A stretch of 64,000 nucleotides of DNA from Phormidesmis sp. (lineage in GTDB: Bacteria > Cyanobacteriota > Cyanobacteriia > Leptolyngbyales > Leptolyngbyaceae): positions 2,080,001 to 2,144,000 of the forward strand of contig CBDFJR010000002.1 in NCBI GenBank assembly GCA_965248535.1. The letters run 5' to 3'. Every line of letters begins with the position of its first letter. Position 1 is the stretch's first letter. The position numbers and the translations under genes were made by a program. The notes below the pieces were generated by a model that was not told the DNA's origin, made no database searches, and saw only the letters and a list, made by a program, of their open reading frames with translations. Positions 1-15,840 of the stretch are shown piece after piece.

Positions 1-1242
1 CTGGGTTTGAATCCCGGAGTCGTTCATCTCAATATTCCGTTTCGCGATCCGCTCGTCCCGATTCTTCAGCCAGAAGCGCAAGCCCTAGAAGCCGTTTTTG
101 ATCACGAAACCTTTTTTGGTCACGTCCAGCCCCCTTTTGCGCCCTCTGTGTCTGGATCTGAGTTTCCGTTTCCGCTCCCGGCTAACGGCATCATCATCGC
201 GGGATGTGCTCAACCCACCTCACCAGTGCGCTATTGTCGGGCGATCGCTCATCTTTCAAAATCCTTAGGAATGCCTGTCTTAGCAGAAGGGTTGTCTCCG
301 CTTCGCAACTACGCAAGCCTCAATCCTTATCTGATTTCGACCTATGATTTGATATTGCGGAACCCAGATTTAGCCCAAAAGCTAGCTCCCGATGTGGTGA
401 TTCGGATCGGAGAAATGCCCACTAGCCGAGAACTGCGGCAGTGGTTAGCAGCAACGCAGCCGAGACAATGGGTGATTGACCCTAGCGATCGTAACCTCGA
501 TCCCCTGCACGGTCTAACCACTCCTCTGCAAACCTCGATCGAGTCGCTAGCAGAAATCCTCTCGGTTGAGACGAGTTCGATAAGCCCTTATTTAGAGCTT
601 TGGCAAACCGCCGACTCCAAAATCAGACACGCGATCGACCAAACGATGGCGATTTCAGACACCCTGTTTGAAGGCAAGGCCGCCTGGCTGCTGTCTCAGT
701 GCTTGCCCCACGGAACGCCCCTGTTCATCTCGAATAGTATGCCTGTGCGCGATGTCGAATATTTTTGGAAGCCCGGAGATTCTGCCGTTCAGCCCTTTTT
801 TAATCGCGGGGCCAATGGCATTGATGGCACGCTGTCAACCGCGCTAGGAGTCGCTCACCGCCATCAAAGCAGCGTCCTGTTAACAGGAGATCTGGCGCTT
901 CTGCACGACACCAACGGATTTTTACTTCGCCATCATTTTGTCGGACATCTGACGATCGTGCTGATCAACAACAACGGCGGCGGAATTTTTGGAATGCTCC
1001 CGATCGCCCAGTTCGATCCCCCATTTGAAGAATTTTTTGCCACGCCGCAAACCATCAATTTTGCCAACCTGTGCCGAACCTACGATCTGGACTATGAGCA
1101 GATTCACACCTGGAGTCAGTTGGTTGAGCGTCTCAATCCACTTCCGTTTCACGGCATTCGCGTCTTAGAATTGCAAACTGATCGCACGGCCGATGCCCAA
1201 TGGCGGCACAATCATTTAGGCAGCTTTGCCCGATCGCTTTAA
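1..1242 (+). CDS. menD: SEPHCHC synthase MenD (5'-truncated by the window edge)
   Basis: Motifs [30 protein letters not shown] and the ThDP-binding GDLALLHD...NNNGGGIF; lies next to menB. Confidence 0.95.
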   Translation: MGLNPGVVHLNIPFRDPLVPILQPEAQALEAVFDHETFFGHVQPPFAPSVSGSEFPFPLPANGIIIAGCAQPTSPVRYCRAIAHLSKSLGMPVLAEGLSPLRNYASLNPYLISTYDLILRNPDLAQKLAPDVVIRIGEMPTSRELRQWLAATQPRQWVIDPSDRNLDPLHGLTTPLQTSIESLAEILSVETSSISPYLELWQTADSKIRHAIDQTMAISDTLFEGKAAWLLSQCLPHGTPLFISNSMPVRDVEYFWKPGDSAVQPFFNRGANGIDGTLSTALGVAHRHQSSVLLTGDLALLHDTNGFLLRHHFVGHLTIVLINNNGGGIFGMLPIAQFDPPFEEFFATPQTINFANLCRTYDLDYEQIHTWSQLVERLNPLPFHGIRVLELQTDRTADAQWRHNHLGSFARSL

Positions 1243-1261
1243 TCCTTACCCCCTCGTTTTT

Positions 1262-2095
1262 ATGACCGTCGAATGGCATCTCGTCAAACCCTACGAAGAC
1301 ATCCTTTACCACAAAATTGATGGCATCGCTAAAATCACCATCAACCGACCCCACAAGCGCAATGCCTTCCGACCCAAAACCGTCGTCGAACTCTATGACG
1401 CATTTAGCAACGCCCGTGAAGACAGCCGAATTGGCGTGATCTTTCTCACCGGGGCAGGGCCGCACACCGATGGCAAATACGCATTTTGTGCTGGGGGCGA
1501 TCAAAGCGTCCGGGGGCACGGGGGCTATGTAGATGAAGCCGGAACACCGCGATTAAACGTTTTAGATTTGCAGCGATTGATCCGATCGATGCCCAAAGTC
1601 ATCATCGCCCTAGTTGCCGGGTATGCGATCGGGGGGGGTCACGTCCTGCACATGCTGTGTGATTTGACGATCGCCGCCGATAACGCCATTTTTGGGCAAA
1701 CCGGGCCTAAAGTCGGCAGTTTTGACGGCGGATTTGGCGCAAGCTATATGGCGCGCATCGTCGGACAGAAAAAAGCGCGAGAAATTTGGTATCTCTGCCG
1801 CCAATACACAGCCACCCAAGCGTTAGAAATGGGATTGGTGAATTGCGTCGTGCCGATCGAGCACCTCGAAGCCGAAGGACTTCAGTGGGCAGGCGAAATT
1901 TTAGAGAAAAGCCCGATCGCCATTCGCTGCCTCAAGGCCGCCTTTAACGCTGACTGCGACGGTCAGGCAGGGCTGCAAGAACTCGCCGGAAACGCCACGC
2001 TGCTCTACTACATGACCGAAGAAGGCTCTGAAGGTAAACAAGCCTTCCTAGAAAAACGCCGCCCTGATTTCCGCAAATATCCCTGGTTGCCTTAG
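1262..2095 (+). CDS. menB: 1,4-dihydroxy-2-naphthoyl-CoA synthase
   Basis: Crotonase motifs AFCAGGDQ and [18 protein letters not shown] at 1262 (MTVEWHLVK) preferred over the track start. Confidence 0.96.
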   Translation: MTVEWHLVKPYEDILYHKIDGIAKITINRPHKRNAFRPKTVVELYDAFSNAREDSRIGVIFLTGAGPHTDGKYAFCAGGDQSVRGHGGYVDEAGTPRLNVLDLQRLIRSMPKVIIALVAGYAIGGGHVLHMLCDLTIAADNAIFGQTGPKVGSFDGGFGASYMARIVGQKKAREIWYLCRQYTATQALEMGLVNCVVPIEHLEAEGLQWAGEILEKSPIAIRCLKAAFNADCDGQAGLQELAGNATLLYYMTEEGSEGKQAFLEKRRPDFRKYPWLP

Positions 2096-2179
2096 AATAT
2101 GGAGTCACAAAAATCGCACCTTTAACCAGGGTGCGATCAAAACAAGAGTAGTCAAAAACTCTGAGCTGTTCTTACAGAT

Positions 2180-2485
2180 CTACGCCGTTTTCTCTAAAGT
2201 AGCGGCATAGTCGCCTAAGCCACTCATCTCATAGGTTCTGCGAGAGTCATAGCGGCGATCGCCGCTAGAAACGGGAATTGGCAGCTTTTCTGATGACTCA
2301 CTCTGCAACGTCATGATGCGCTCAAACTGCCAGTTGGGGGCAAACACAGGCAACGCAAGAGAACAAGCTTTCCAACCTCCTTGAACCAAGACGTTAAGCT
2401 GACCACAAGTTCCTCCACGTCGTCCTTCAGGCACATAATGTCTGCAATGCCGACAGGCTGAAGCTGAGGAATCGGGGCGTTTCAT
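2180..2485 (-). CDS. Conserved cyanobacterial hypothetical protein with Cys motif
   Basis: CRHCRHYVPEGRRGGTC...WKACSLA, recalled as a small cyanobacterial family. Confidence 0.7.
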   Translation of the reverse strand: MKRPDSSASACRHCRHYVPEGRRGGTCGQLNVLVQGGWKACSLALPVFAPNWQFERIMTLQSESSEKLPIPVSSGDRRYDSRRTYEMSGLGDYAATLEKTA

Positions 2486-3144
2486 AATGATTAGACTTTT
2501 AGAAAAAGTTTGTATTGTTAAAGACTTTGCACGGGTTCTTAAAAAAGAGACTTGTTGCTAAGATCTGAGATTTATTAAGACTCATTGCGAGATTTAAATT
2601 ATCGCAATCTTCTTGGAATCAGAAACTAGCTTCACAGCCACGCGTTTAGCCTATGGTTCTATTGTGGATCTAAATATTTTGGGGATCAGGGGTCTAAAAA
2701 AGTTGAATTCTTGATGCTGTCAAGGTTTTAAGACTTTTGCTCTAAATCTTGGGTTTAGATTGTCTTTAGATTTGACCTAAAAATCAACGAAATTGATCTT
2801 AAAACTTCAAATTTATAGAGAAAACCTCCTCGGTTTTCACTAAAAACTAGCGGGGATCAATTAAAACTTAAGAATTCCACCCATGTCGATTAATCTAAAA
2901 TTCGGCTAGTAAGTTAGAGAATAAAATTTATATTGAGAAATAATCTTCTGCTTCAAGAGGTAATCAACCAAAGAATGCCGCTCGATATCGCTACAAGTTT
3001 AACGATTAGAAAAGTTTCTATCTCAAACTAGAAAACTTTTGATCACAAGAGCAGATGACAAAAGCACAAGAGTAGTGTAAAAAATTCAGCCCGATTGAAG
3101 GTCAAGATTTCTTCTATAGCGATGCGATTTGTAAAGATTTGACC

Positions 3145-3690
3145 CTACCAGTGCTTTGTGACACAAATAGCACAGGCTGACCAGCGCTGAAGCTCTCCGA
3201 TCGGGGTCGGGCAAGCGCACTGCGGGCACAGAGGCAAGTGCTGGCTGCGTGACTGCATCACTGCTGTCCAATAATCAAACGCGGCTTTGGGGTCTGTCGG
3301 GTTTGGGTGGGGGGGAATGGGTCGATCGTCTACTCGACTGGGGTGCTCTAGCCACAGCCGCGATCGCTCCATCTCATCTAGGGCTTGGCGATTGTCTGGG
3401 CTATGCCAGTGCGTCGTCGAAAATCGAATATCTGAGAGCGGTCTCGTCAGCAGAGCATTTAGCTTTCCTAGAATCTGTCGCCGCTCAAAGACAAGATTTT
3501 GCGCCCATCCTGCATTGGCCGCAGCCACCTTTAACACCTCGCGCTGAACGGTCACCGGGCGAGTTTGCGCTGCCACCGCCGAGCCAACGACATCAGACCA
3601 GTGTCTTAAAACCTGCTGCAACTGCGTTTCTTCAGACGGTCGATATTGAGGTGAGGAGCCTAAAACCCTTTGCAGGCGTTGAAAAGTCAT
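3145..3690 (-). CDS. DUF721/DciA-family protein with C-terminal Zn ribbon
   Basis: WSDVVG..VAAQTRP...L.V....WAQNL pattern; CPQC...CAIC. Confidence 0.85.
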   Translation of the reverse strand: MTFQRLQRVLGSSPQYRPSEETQLQQVLRHWSDVVGSAVAAQTRPVTVQREVLKVAAANAGWAQNLVFERRQILGKLNALLTRPLSDIRFSTTHWHSPDNRQALDEMERSRLWLEHPSRVDDRPIPPHPNPTDPKAAFDYWTAVMQSRSQHLPLCPQCACPTPIGELQRWSACAICVTKHW

Positions 3691-3933
3691 AGAGGGTTAG
3701 AGAATTTTTTACAAAGGGGATGACCCTAAAGAATGCACCGTGCGATCGGGCGCTCTCGGCAAACCCCAAAAGACTGACGAAGTTTCGATCGAGGTTTTTG
3801 ATTCACTTTGAGCGGCGTGAATTACACTAGGAGCGCGGATTCTCAAAGTCGTCTCTCTCTAGATTAGCGCTTGTGAGATTCAGAATTTCAGCAAGCAGTC
3901 TAATCATCGGTTTCAAACGGTAGGAGTCAAAAA

Positions 3934-5211
3934 ATGCGTCACAGTCCGTCGGTTGAGTCTTCCCCTCAGTCTTCTCTTCCCTCGCTTCACCCAAAGCTGC
4001 AACGGGCTTTGGGATGTCTTGACACGCGGCTTGATGAAGAGTTGGCACGCTATCGACGGCAGCGATCCGGGCGCTCTGTGCCCCCCGTCAATGGGCTGAG
4101 ACGCAAACCAGCGGTCAAAGTCGATCTGATGTCGTTTTCGACCGCAGAAAGCGTTGCCCACACCAGCCAGGTGCCGCCCGTTCTCTCAGCAGAGCCGATT
4201 CCGCTCCGGTCAGGTGCGCCTGTGATGGAGCCAGATCTATCTTCAGAGTTAGCGGTGATTGCAGACGATCGTGACTTCGACTCTGCCACCCTCAGTCATT
4301 TGCCACATCATTCAGCCGCCGACTATGGCTTGACAGACACTTCAACCCCGCATGACGACTATTTAGAATCATCCGAAGAACTTTTGCGAAGTTTGGCGAG
4401 AGAAGAAGCCCAAGTGCAAGTCGAGCGCGGCTTTTTAGAGAGCCTAGTGACTCCGCTAGGGGTGGGTTCTATGCTGGTGCTGCTATTGTCGAGCGCCATG
4501 TTTGGCTATGTGATTATGAACCCCTCTAGTCTAAGCGGGTTGAGCCAAATTTTTGCCCGCCGAGAAGCTGCTCCTAGCCCAGCGCCTACTGCCCAAGGGT
4601 CACCCGCAGACATTCCTAATAAACCCCCACTAGATGCCAAAGAGTTTGTCGATTTGGGGCTAGGCAATTTGACCACCTTAAAGACGCGCCCGACGAGTGG
4701 GCTGCCTCAAAACGGCAAGCCTTCCCCCACGCCTGCGGCATCAGCGTTGCCTGCTGCGGCGACCGTTGCCTCGCCGAGTGTGAGTCAGCCCAATTCTGTC
4801 GCTGCCCCTAGCGCCCCTGCGCCTGTGACGGCTGAAAGCGCTCCGGGGCGCTCTGCCCCAGCAGTTAGATCCAATCCGGCTCCAGTGGTCAGCTATCCGC
4901 GATCGAGCTATTCTCCAGCGCCAACGATTCACCGAGTTGCGCCGATCGCACCGTTGCCCACGGTAGCCATTCCTCGCCCTCAAGCTCCGATCGAGCGTCC
5001 CCCTGCGCCTGCACCTTCTTATCACGTTGATACGCCCTACGACAACGATCGCACCTATGACAAGATTCAGCAGGCCAATGCAGGGGCTGAGTTAGTCAAT
5101 ACGCCCGAAGGCGGCTTTATTCGATCGGGGAGCTATCGCAGCGAGGCCGAAGCCAAGGCAAAAGCTGAGGAATTGCAGCGTCAAGGCATTTCAGCCGAAG
5201 TCCGCAAATAG
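3934..5211 (+). CDS. Membrane-anchored Pro-rich protein with C-terminal SPOR-like domain
   Basis: One hydrophobic segment, P/A/S-rich linker, C-terminal GSYRSEAEAKAKAEELQRQGISAEV. Confidence 0.7.
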   Translation: MRHSPSVESSPQSSLPSLHPKLQRALGCLDTRLDEELARYRRQRSGRSVPPVNGLRRKPAVKVDLMSFSTAESVAHTSQVPPVLSAEPIPLRSGAPVMEPDLSSELAVIADDRDFDSATLSHLPHHSAADYGLTDTSTPHDDYLESSEELLRSLAREEAQVQVERGFLESLVTPLGVGSMLVLLLSSAMFGYVIMNPSSLSGLSQIFARREAAPSPAPTAQGSPADIPNKPPLDAKEFVDLGLGNLTTLKTRPTSGLPQNGKPSPTPAASALPAAATVASPSVSQPNSVAAPSAPAPVTAESAPGRSAPAVRSNPAPVVSYPRSSYSPAPTIHRVAPIAPLPTVAIPRPQAPIERPPAPAPSYHVDTPYDNDRTYDKIQQANAGAELVNTPEGGFIRSGSYRSEAEAKAKAEELQRQGISAEVRK

Positions 5212-5284
5212 TCAGAAATCGCAGCTAGAAAGGTACGGTAATATTGAGGGTAATGAGCGAGAGCCGCATTACCGGAGATCAGCG

Positions 5285-6010
5285 ATGGGACTTGTTGACC
5301 GAATTTGGCGAGCGATTCGTGCAAATATTAACCACCTAGTGAGTCAGGTCGAAGATCCAGAAAAGATTCTGGAGCAGACGGTTTTAGATATGCAGGAAGA
5401 CTTGATCCATCTTCGGCAGGCAGTGGCTCAAGCGATCGCGACTCAAAAGCGCACTGAGCGGCAGTGTTCTCAAGCCAAATCAATGTCAGAAGAATGGTAT
5501 CGCCGCGCCCAGTTAGCGCTGCAAAAAGGGGATGAACCCTTGGCAAGAGAAGCGTTGACTCGTCGCAAATCCTATCAAGAGACCGCCGAAGCGATGGAGG
5601 CGCAACTGACTCAGCAGAGAGCGATCGTCACCACGCTTAAGCAAAACATGATGAAGCTAGAGAGCAAAATCTCAGAAGCAAAAACTAAAAAAGACCTCTA
5701 CATCGCCCGTGCTCGTTCTGCAAAAGCCTCTCAGCAGCTTAATGAGATGTTGAGCAATGTGGGCACGGGCAGCGCGATGAGTGCGTTTGAGCGCATGGAA
5801 GAAAAAGTGTTGCAGCTAGAGGCGCAGTCAGCGGCGATCGCAGAGCTAGGCACCGATGATTTAGAAAAACGATTTGAGTCGCTAGGCGAAGCCGATGACA
5901 TTGACGCAGAGCTAACCGCGATGAAAAATCATCTTACCGGAAACTCTGCTCAACTGCCAGAAGCCGATCCAGATTTAGAGAAACTGCGTTCTCAGATTCG
6001 TGGGACGTGA
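5285..6010 (+). CDS. PspA/IM30 family protein
   Basis: EDPEKILEQ, coiled coil, SAFERMEEKV; lacks a long Vipp1-type C-terminal extension. Confidence 0.92.
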   Translation: MGLVDRIWRAIRANINHLVSQVEDPEKILEQTVLDMQEDLIHLRQAVAQAIATQKRTERQCSQAKSMSEEWYRRAQLALQKGDEPLAREALTRRKSYQETAEAMEAQLTQQRAIVTTLKQNMMKLESKISEAKTKKDLYIARARSAKASQQLNEMLSNVGTGSAMSAFERMEEKVLQLEAQSAAIAELGTDDLEKRFESLGEADDIDAELTAMKNHLTGNSAQLPEADPDLEKLRSQIRGT

Positions 6011-6016
6011 TGAGTG

Positions 6017-6524
6017 ATGGAAGGCATCGAAGCGATTTACAACTTCTTAAAGCTGTCTGACTCACATTGCCACAGCCGGACAACCGACTGAGGAACAGTT
6101 TGTGGCGATTAAAGCAGCAGGTTATCAAATCGTCGTCAATCTTGCTCCTTCTGACTCAACGAATGCAATTCCTCATGAGAAGGATATTGTGGAATCGCTG
6201 GGCATGACCTACATCCACATTCCTGTGCCTTGGACAAAGCCAACGTCTGGACATCTCGACCAATTTTTTCCAATCATCACTGAAAACGCTGAGATTCCTG
6301 TTTTTGTCCACTGTGCCAAAAATATGAGGGTGTCTGCTTTTATGTATCTCTATCGTCGTGTGCACGATCGCCTCTCTGATCAGCAAGCGAAATCAGATCT
6401 GCACAAAATTTGGATTCCGAATGAGACGTGGCAAGCATTCATTCAAGAAGCGATTTATTGGTACACACCGCCTAGGACGAATGGCGAACTAACGGATGAA
6501 ATGATCACTGGAGAATTTTGGTAA
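6017..6524 (+). pseudogene. Protein-tyrosine-phosphatase-like (Blh/DSP-fold) protein, frameshifted near 6065
   Basis: ATG 6017 gives MEGIEAIYNFLKLSDS; removing one base continues IATAGQPTEEQFVAIKAAGY into ORF 6102-6524, which has the HCAKNMR (CX5R-like) motif. Confidence 0.75.
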
Positions 6525-6545
6525 GGGCATAGCGTTGCTGTGCCC
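6521..6545. repeat. REP-like hairpin between convergent genes
   Basis: GTAAGGGCATAGCGTTGCTGTGCCC; similar hairpin at 44860-44883. Confidence 0.5.
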
Positions 6546-6581
6546 ATCACCTAGGCGAGCAACCGAGATGCTTTAATCTAT

Positions 6582-7519
6582 TTACAGAGCATTCATCGCT
6601 TCTATCACTCGCTGAGAGACAAACGGGAGAATCGCTTCATTCGTGCTGTGAGATTTGCCTTCAGTAAAGACAACTAACAGATAGGGTTGGAGGTTGGGCA
6701 ACTCTACATAAGCGGCATCATGCCGGACTTGGCTCGTCAATCCGGCTTTTGACCACAGCCGCGCCCCTAGGGGCAGCCCACCGCCCAAAAAGCCCGTCAC
6801 CTGATTTTCTGGGTCAGCGCATTGAGATCGTTTGGGTTCAGCGATCGCCGCATCAAATTCATCATGGTCTGCGATCGGGCAGCCGACACCGCCACGCCGC
6901 CAATAATGCTGTGCAGCAGTTGAGCCGACGCATTAGTCGTGAGCATATTGCGATTCTCGAAGGTGTCGCCGACAAACGCCCGCTCTCGCCCATAGGCTCC
7001 ATCACACCACGTCTTCTGATTCATATTCACCGTAGCTAACTCTGACCAGCCCAACCCTTGAAAATAGCGGTTGACGATATTGCGCTGCTGCTTCCAGGTT
7101 TCAAACGGGGCGGCAGGCAGATCAGGCCCGCTGGTGGTGCCTGTCAAAATGTCCATCACCAGACTGGTAGCATCATTGCTCGAATCAACAATCATGTCGC
7201 GCAGCGCTCGCTCAAACTCTTTTGAAGTCTGAACCATGCCTTTCTCTAGCCATTCTTGGGCGGCCACCAAATAGAACAATTTGACCACGCTAGCCGGATA
7301 AATGCGCTCGACCCCGCGATAGGCAAAGCCTCGCACCGACTGCTGCCAAAACTCATTAGCGTTAATTGCCCCACCCGTGTTGACAAAAACCGGAGGATCA
7401 TAGACCAGCCAAGTGATCGCAATCTGGTTTTGGGCCAAACTGGGAAACTCTGACCAAGTGGCTTCGAGGATACGATCGCCCAAGGTTTGCAAGAGATCGT
7501 CTTTGCGGAAGAAAGTCAT
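6582..7519 (-). pseudogene. Serine hydrolase (class A beta-lactamase-like), frameshifted near 6818
   Basis: YPASVVKL (SxxK) and DSSNDAT in 6797-7519; WSKAG..RHDAAY in 6582-6800; one added base restores AADPENQVTGFLG. Confidence 0.85.
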
Positions 7520-7581
7520 GATCGCTGTTAGAGGCGTGCGCCATTAATAATGAACTTGGTTTACCATCACTCATTTGTTCT

Positions 7582-8250
7582 ATGCAGTATCTCACTAAAG
7601 CTAACCTCAATCTCTATACCTCTGCGGAACTCCATAGCCTGGCAACTCAAGCCGAAACCGGCCGTTTTTTGCAAATTCTCTCAGAGTCTCACCCGTCTGC
7701 GCTGCAAGTTCGGTTGTGTGAAGACGACTATCCAGGTTGGTTAGCGGCTGACGATCGGCAATTTCTAGCGACCGCCTCCACCGTTTATGCCGCGCCCCTG
7801 TGGTCAGAGGCAGAGATTCAACAGCAAATTCCCCAGGTGATTGCGTTTGCTCAAGCGGCGATCGCGGTGCCCAATCACTATCTCTGGGGCGGAACGGTAG
7901 CTCCCCACTATGATTGCTCTGGGTTAATGCAGGCTGCGTTTGCGTCGGTGGGCATTCGGCTACCGAGAGATGCCTACCAGCAGGAAGAATTTGTCAGAAA
8001 AATTGTCCTCTCTGATCTAATACCAGGTGACTTAGTTTTTTTTGGTACGCCGATTAAAGCCACCCATGTGGGACTCTATTTGGGCGGCGATCGCTATATT
8101 CATAGTTCCGGCAAAGACCAAGGACGCAATGGCATTGGCATTGATCAACTCTCCGATCAAGGAGATGCCGTGAGTCGAACTTATTATGCACAACTGAGAA
8201 GCGCAGGACGAGTGGTCGAGAGCTACCAGCCACGAGGATTCTCTTCATGA
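7582..8250 (+). CDS. NlpC/P60 (C40) peptidase
   Basis: YLWGG...YDCSGL, PRDAYQQ, GDLVFF, HVGLY..IHSS. Confidence 0.92.
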   Translation: MQYLTKANLNLYTSAELHSLATQAETGRFLQILSESHPSALQVRLCEDDYPGWLAADDRQFLATASTVYAAPLWSEAEIQQQIPQVIAFAQAAIAVPNHYLWGGTVAPHYDCSGLMQAAFASVGIRLPRDAYQQEEFVRKIVLSDLIPGDLVFFGTPIKATHVGLYLGGDRYIHSSGKDQGRNGIGIDQLSDQGDAVSRTYYAQLRSAGRVVESYQPRGFSS

Positions 8251-8544
8251 CCTGGCTGTCTATTTCAGAAAACCCGCCAAAAACTGTTTCCGGCCCTTGC
8301 CTACGTCCTACTCCTTTCGACACATAAAATCCAACTCCATCAAAAAGCCATAAAACCTTGACAAAGTAACACTTTCTTTTCCCAAAACTAAATAAATCAG
8401 TGCCATACTGGTTGGCTGATTGGTGATCTAAAAATCACTCTTTGGGTAGGTGTCAGATCTCTGAACAACTCCCATAATTCCGTGCCGGATTAGCCGTGAT
8501 TCCGGCAAAAGCTCCCAATCAGCCGTTTAGTTATTGTTATTGAC

Positions 8545-8766
8545 ATGAACGATCGCTTCCACACAGAAGACAGTCAAACTCCTCGCTTTCCTTTCTGGGC
8601 TTATCTCAATCAACCGCTTTTTCACCCTGCTCAACCCTTTTTTGCCCGTCCGCGTCGATTCTGGCGATACTACAACATTCAGCAGCTAGAGCATTGTTGG
8701 CTGCGATCAGAGTTACACCTGCTAGAACACTGCTGGCGACAAGACTTAAATACAGAAGAACAATAA
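8545..8766 (+). CDS. Small hypothetical protein
   Basis: 73 aa with ATG start; RFPFWAYLNQPLF and repeated LEHCW. Confidence 0.6.
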   Translation: MNDRFHTEDSQTPRFPFWAYLNQPLFHPAQPFFARPRRFWRYYNIQQLEHCWLRSELHLLEHCWRQDLNTEEQ

Positions 8767-9178
8767 ATGATAAAGATTAGCCTTTGAAAGGCTCTAGAAA
8801 GCAGGGCAAACGCGCTATGTCAATAAGGTCAAGATTTAGCAGATTACTGCATATACTCTCAACAATCAGTACCTAATCGATAATCAGTTTTCCAGATCTA
8901 GAGAATGTTTGAAGTCTTAGAGCTATGTATATTCTCTACTGGGCTTATACGCATTTGCCCTGCTCCGATTCCCCTATATTCTGGTGCATTTGTTGAGAAA
9001 AAATGCACCAGAATACAGGCTTTCGTTTACAGAACTATCTCACCTTACATCTTTGCACCTATGAGAGAATGCGCCATTCAAGACCTCAGGGACTTCAGCG
9101 TTCAGTAACTGAAACTAGCTGCATTCTCTTGGAGAAAAAGTGCATCAGAACTTCCCCACGGTAAGAAGCAGCAGCAAC

Positions 9179-9213
9179 TAAAAAGCCTCCGTTCTTAGCT
9201 GAAGGGAGGCTTT
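9179..9213 (-). terminator. Intrinsic terminator of the rrn operon
   Basis: AAAGCCTCC...GGAGGCTTT stem with a T-run on the minus strand, just downstream of 5S. Confidence 0.75.
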
Positions 9214-9232
9214 GTTTCGTTTTTGAATATTG

Positions 9233-9350
9233 CCCTGGCGATGAGCTATTTTTGCGGGAGGCTACCCTCCAACTATCTTCGCCGCTGTCACGTTTCACAC
9301 CTGAGTTCGAGATGGGTCAGGGTGGGTCCACGACGCTAGAAACACCAGGA
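9233..9350 (-). rRNA. rrf: 5S rRNA
   Basis: Minus strand TCCTGGTGTTTCTAGCGTCGTGGACCCACCCTGACCCATCTCGAACTCAGGTGTGAAACG...CGCCAGGG. Confidence 0.95.
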
Positions 9351-9436
9351 AAGCTTGGGGCTTTCTCCTATCGGAGGATAGAGCCATGAAGGCTGCATAG
9401 AAACTTGCTTTTGACACTATCGTGTTGAAGATGAGA

Positions 9437-12322
<2,886 letters not shown>

Positions 12323-12544
12323 ACTTCAATCAATCAACATTGGTGTCTGTGATATTTGTGGGAACAACCAACAACTCGCCTTTCAGCTCATCGCTAGTTA
12401 TTCACTACTTTCTACCTGACAAGTTTCTATGCAGTTTTCATGGTTCTGTCTGGAACAAGTCCAGCAGGCTCTCTAATTATTTAGACGAGTTGCTGAAATT
12501 GAATCTGGCTCGGACTACGACAGGAGAAAGCTCTCAGCTTTCAG

Positions 12545-12617
12545 TGGAGGTTAACGGACTCGAACCGTTGACATCCTGCTTGCAAAGCAGGCGCTCTACC
12601 AACTGAGCTAAACCCCC
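12545..12617 (-). tRNA. tRNA-Ala(TGC)
   Basis: GGGGGTTTAGCTCAGTTGGTAGAGCGCCTGCTTTGCAAGCAGG...CTCCA in the ITS. Confidence 0.97.
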
Positions 12618-12630
12618 TCGTTTCAAAAGG

Positions 12631-12704
<74 letters not shown>

Positions 12705-12858
12705 ATAACCCGAACCAATCTCACATAGCTTAGAAGTCAACACTTATTCCTCGAACGACCTTGGGATGACCAGTCTCTTCTCTAATGACTCAATCTTCCA
12801 AGCAATCGAAATTGACTGGACTTTGAATCTTCAAGTCGAAACGGGTAGGTCTCCCTAT

Positions 12859-14349
<1,491 letters not shown>

Positions 14350-14586
14350 TGTTTAATACACGGAGCTTGTTTCAGCTCACGAAATAAGATTCTATCTAGT
14401 CAGAATTAACTGACCAGCAAACCTCTTCGACTCTTTAACCCTTAAAGCACTACCGAAGTAGCTACCCTAAATCAATTTGCTTTGACGAGGTTTAAGTGCT
14501 ATTATGACTTCTAAACTATGCAATTGTCTTGGTTCTACGCGGGAAGAACCTCCGCTTTCGCATCCGTTCCTCTCACCCGCTTGACT

Positions 14587-14615
14587 AATATAACAACCCC
14601 AACTGAACTTGTCAA
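14587..14615 (-). promoter_or_regulatory. Sigma70-type rrn promoter
   Basis: Minus strand TTGACA-17 bp-TATATT about 240 bp upstream of 16S. Confidence 0.75.
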
Positions 14616-14900
14616 GGGGTTCTACAAAAAATGCTCTGGGTCGCTTAAGAGTCTTTGCAGCAGGGTCTTTGGGGCGATCTTACTTCAATAGCTTTTAAGT
14701 TGAGGTCGTGCATTCTATAGCCCGTGCGTCACGATCACGATCTGACAGGAGTAGGCAGAAAATAGTTCTCTTATACATAAGGCAGTTTTTTCAGGAGCTA
14801 CCCAGGTTAATTAAGCGGTCGCCTCTGCTGAAGACCTGATCAGTTTGCCAATTTGAGCGACAATTGATCAGCGAACAGGATAGTAATAGGGCGAGTTGCT

Positions 14901-15785
14901 GTGAATTTTCAGTCGGTGATTGCGACACTGCATCAATTTTGGGGCGATCGGGGCTGTTTAATCGCTCAACCTTATGATACTGAGAAGGGCGCGGGCACTA
15001 AGAGTCCGCATACGTTTTTGAGGGCGATCGGGCCTGAGCCGTGGTCGGTGGCTTATGTTGAGCCGTGCCGCCGTCCGGGAGACGGGCGATATGGAGAAAA
15101 CCCAAATCGCTATCAGTATTATTATCAATATCAAGTGTTGATTAAGCCGTCACCAGATAATATTCAAGAGATCTATTTAGAGTCTCTCAGGGCGTTGGGC
15201 ATTCGACCAGAGGATCACGATGTTCGGTTTGTAGAAGATAACTGGGAAGATGCGGCTGTCGGGGCGTGGGGCGTGGGCTGGGAGGTCTGGCTAGATGGGA
15301 TGGAGGTGACACAGTTCACTTATTTTCAGCAGTGTGGAGGGCTTGACTGCCGCCCGGTGTCAATCGAGATCACCTATGGTCTAGAGCGATTGACGATGTA
15401 TCTGCAAGGAGTGGATGCGATCGCTAAGATTCAATGGAATGATCGGCTGACCTATGGAGACGTGCACCTGCAAGGGGAAATCGAGCAGTCTACTTATAAT
15501 TTTGAAGCGTCGAACCCTGACTTGTTGTTTAACTTATTTGGGCTGTATGAGCAAGAAGCGGGACAGCTAATTGAGCGATCGCTGGTTTTGCCTGCTCTAG
15601 ATTATGTTTTGAAGTGTTCGCACACGTTTAACCTGCTGGATGCCAGAGGAGTGATCTCAGTCACCGAACGCACCCGCTATATCGGCAGAATTCGGACTTT
15701 GGCGAGGCAGGTGGCACAGTTTTATCTCAAGCAGCGTGAAGCGCTTGGCTTTCCGTTGCTGAACCGTCAAAAAGAAGTCAAATAA
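14901..15785 (+). CDS. glyQ: Glycine-tRNA ligase alpha subunit
   Basis: [40 protein letters not shown]. Confidence 0.97.
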   Translation: MNFQSVIATLHQFWGDRGCLIAQPYDTEKGAGTKSPHTFLRAIGPEPWSVAYVEPCRRPGDGRYGENPNRYQYYYQYQVLIKPSPDNIQEIYLESLRALGIRPEDHDVRFVEDNWEDAAVGAWGVGWEVWLDGMEVTQFTYFQQCGGLDCRPVSIEITYGLERLTMYLQGVDAIAKIQWNDRLTYGDVHLQGEIEQSTYNFEASNPDLLFNLFGLYEQEAGQLIERSLVLPALDYVLKCSHTFNLLDARGVISVTERTRYIGRIRTLARQVAQFYLKQREALGFPLLNRQKEVK

Positions 15786-15788
15786 AAA

Positions 15789-15814
15789 TAGAGATGCAAA
15801 ATATTGCATCTCTA
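15789..15814. terminator. REP-like hairpin or bidirectional terminator
   Basis: TAGAGATGCAA-AATA-TTGCATCTCTA between convergent glyQ and pdhC. Confidence 0.65.
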
Positions 15815-15840
15815 CGAAAGATATTGACTTTAAGGTCAGG

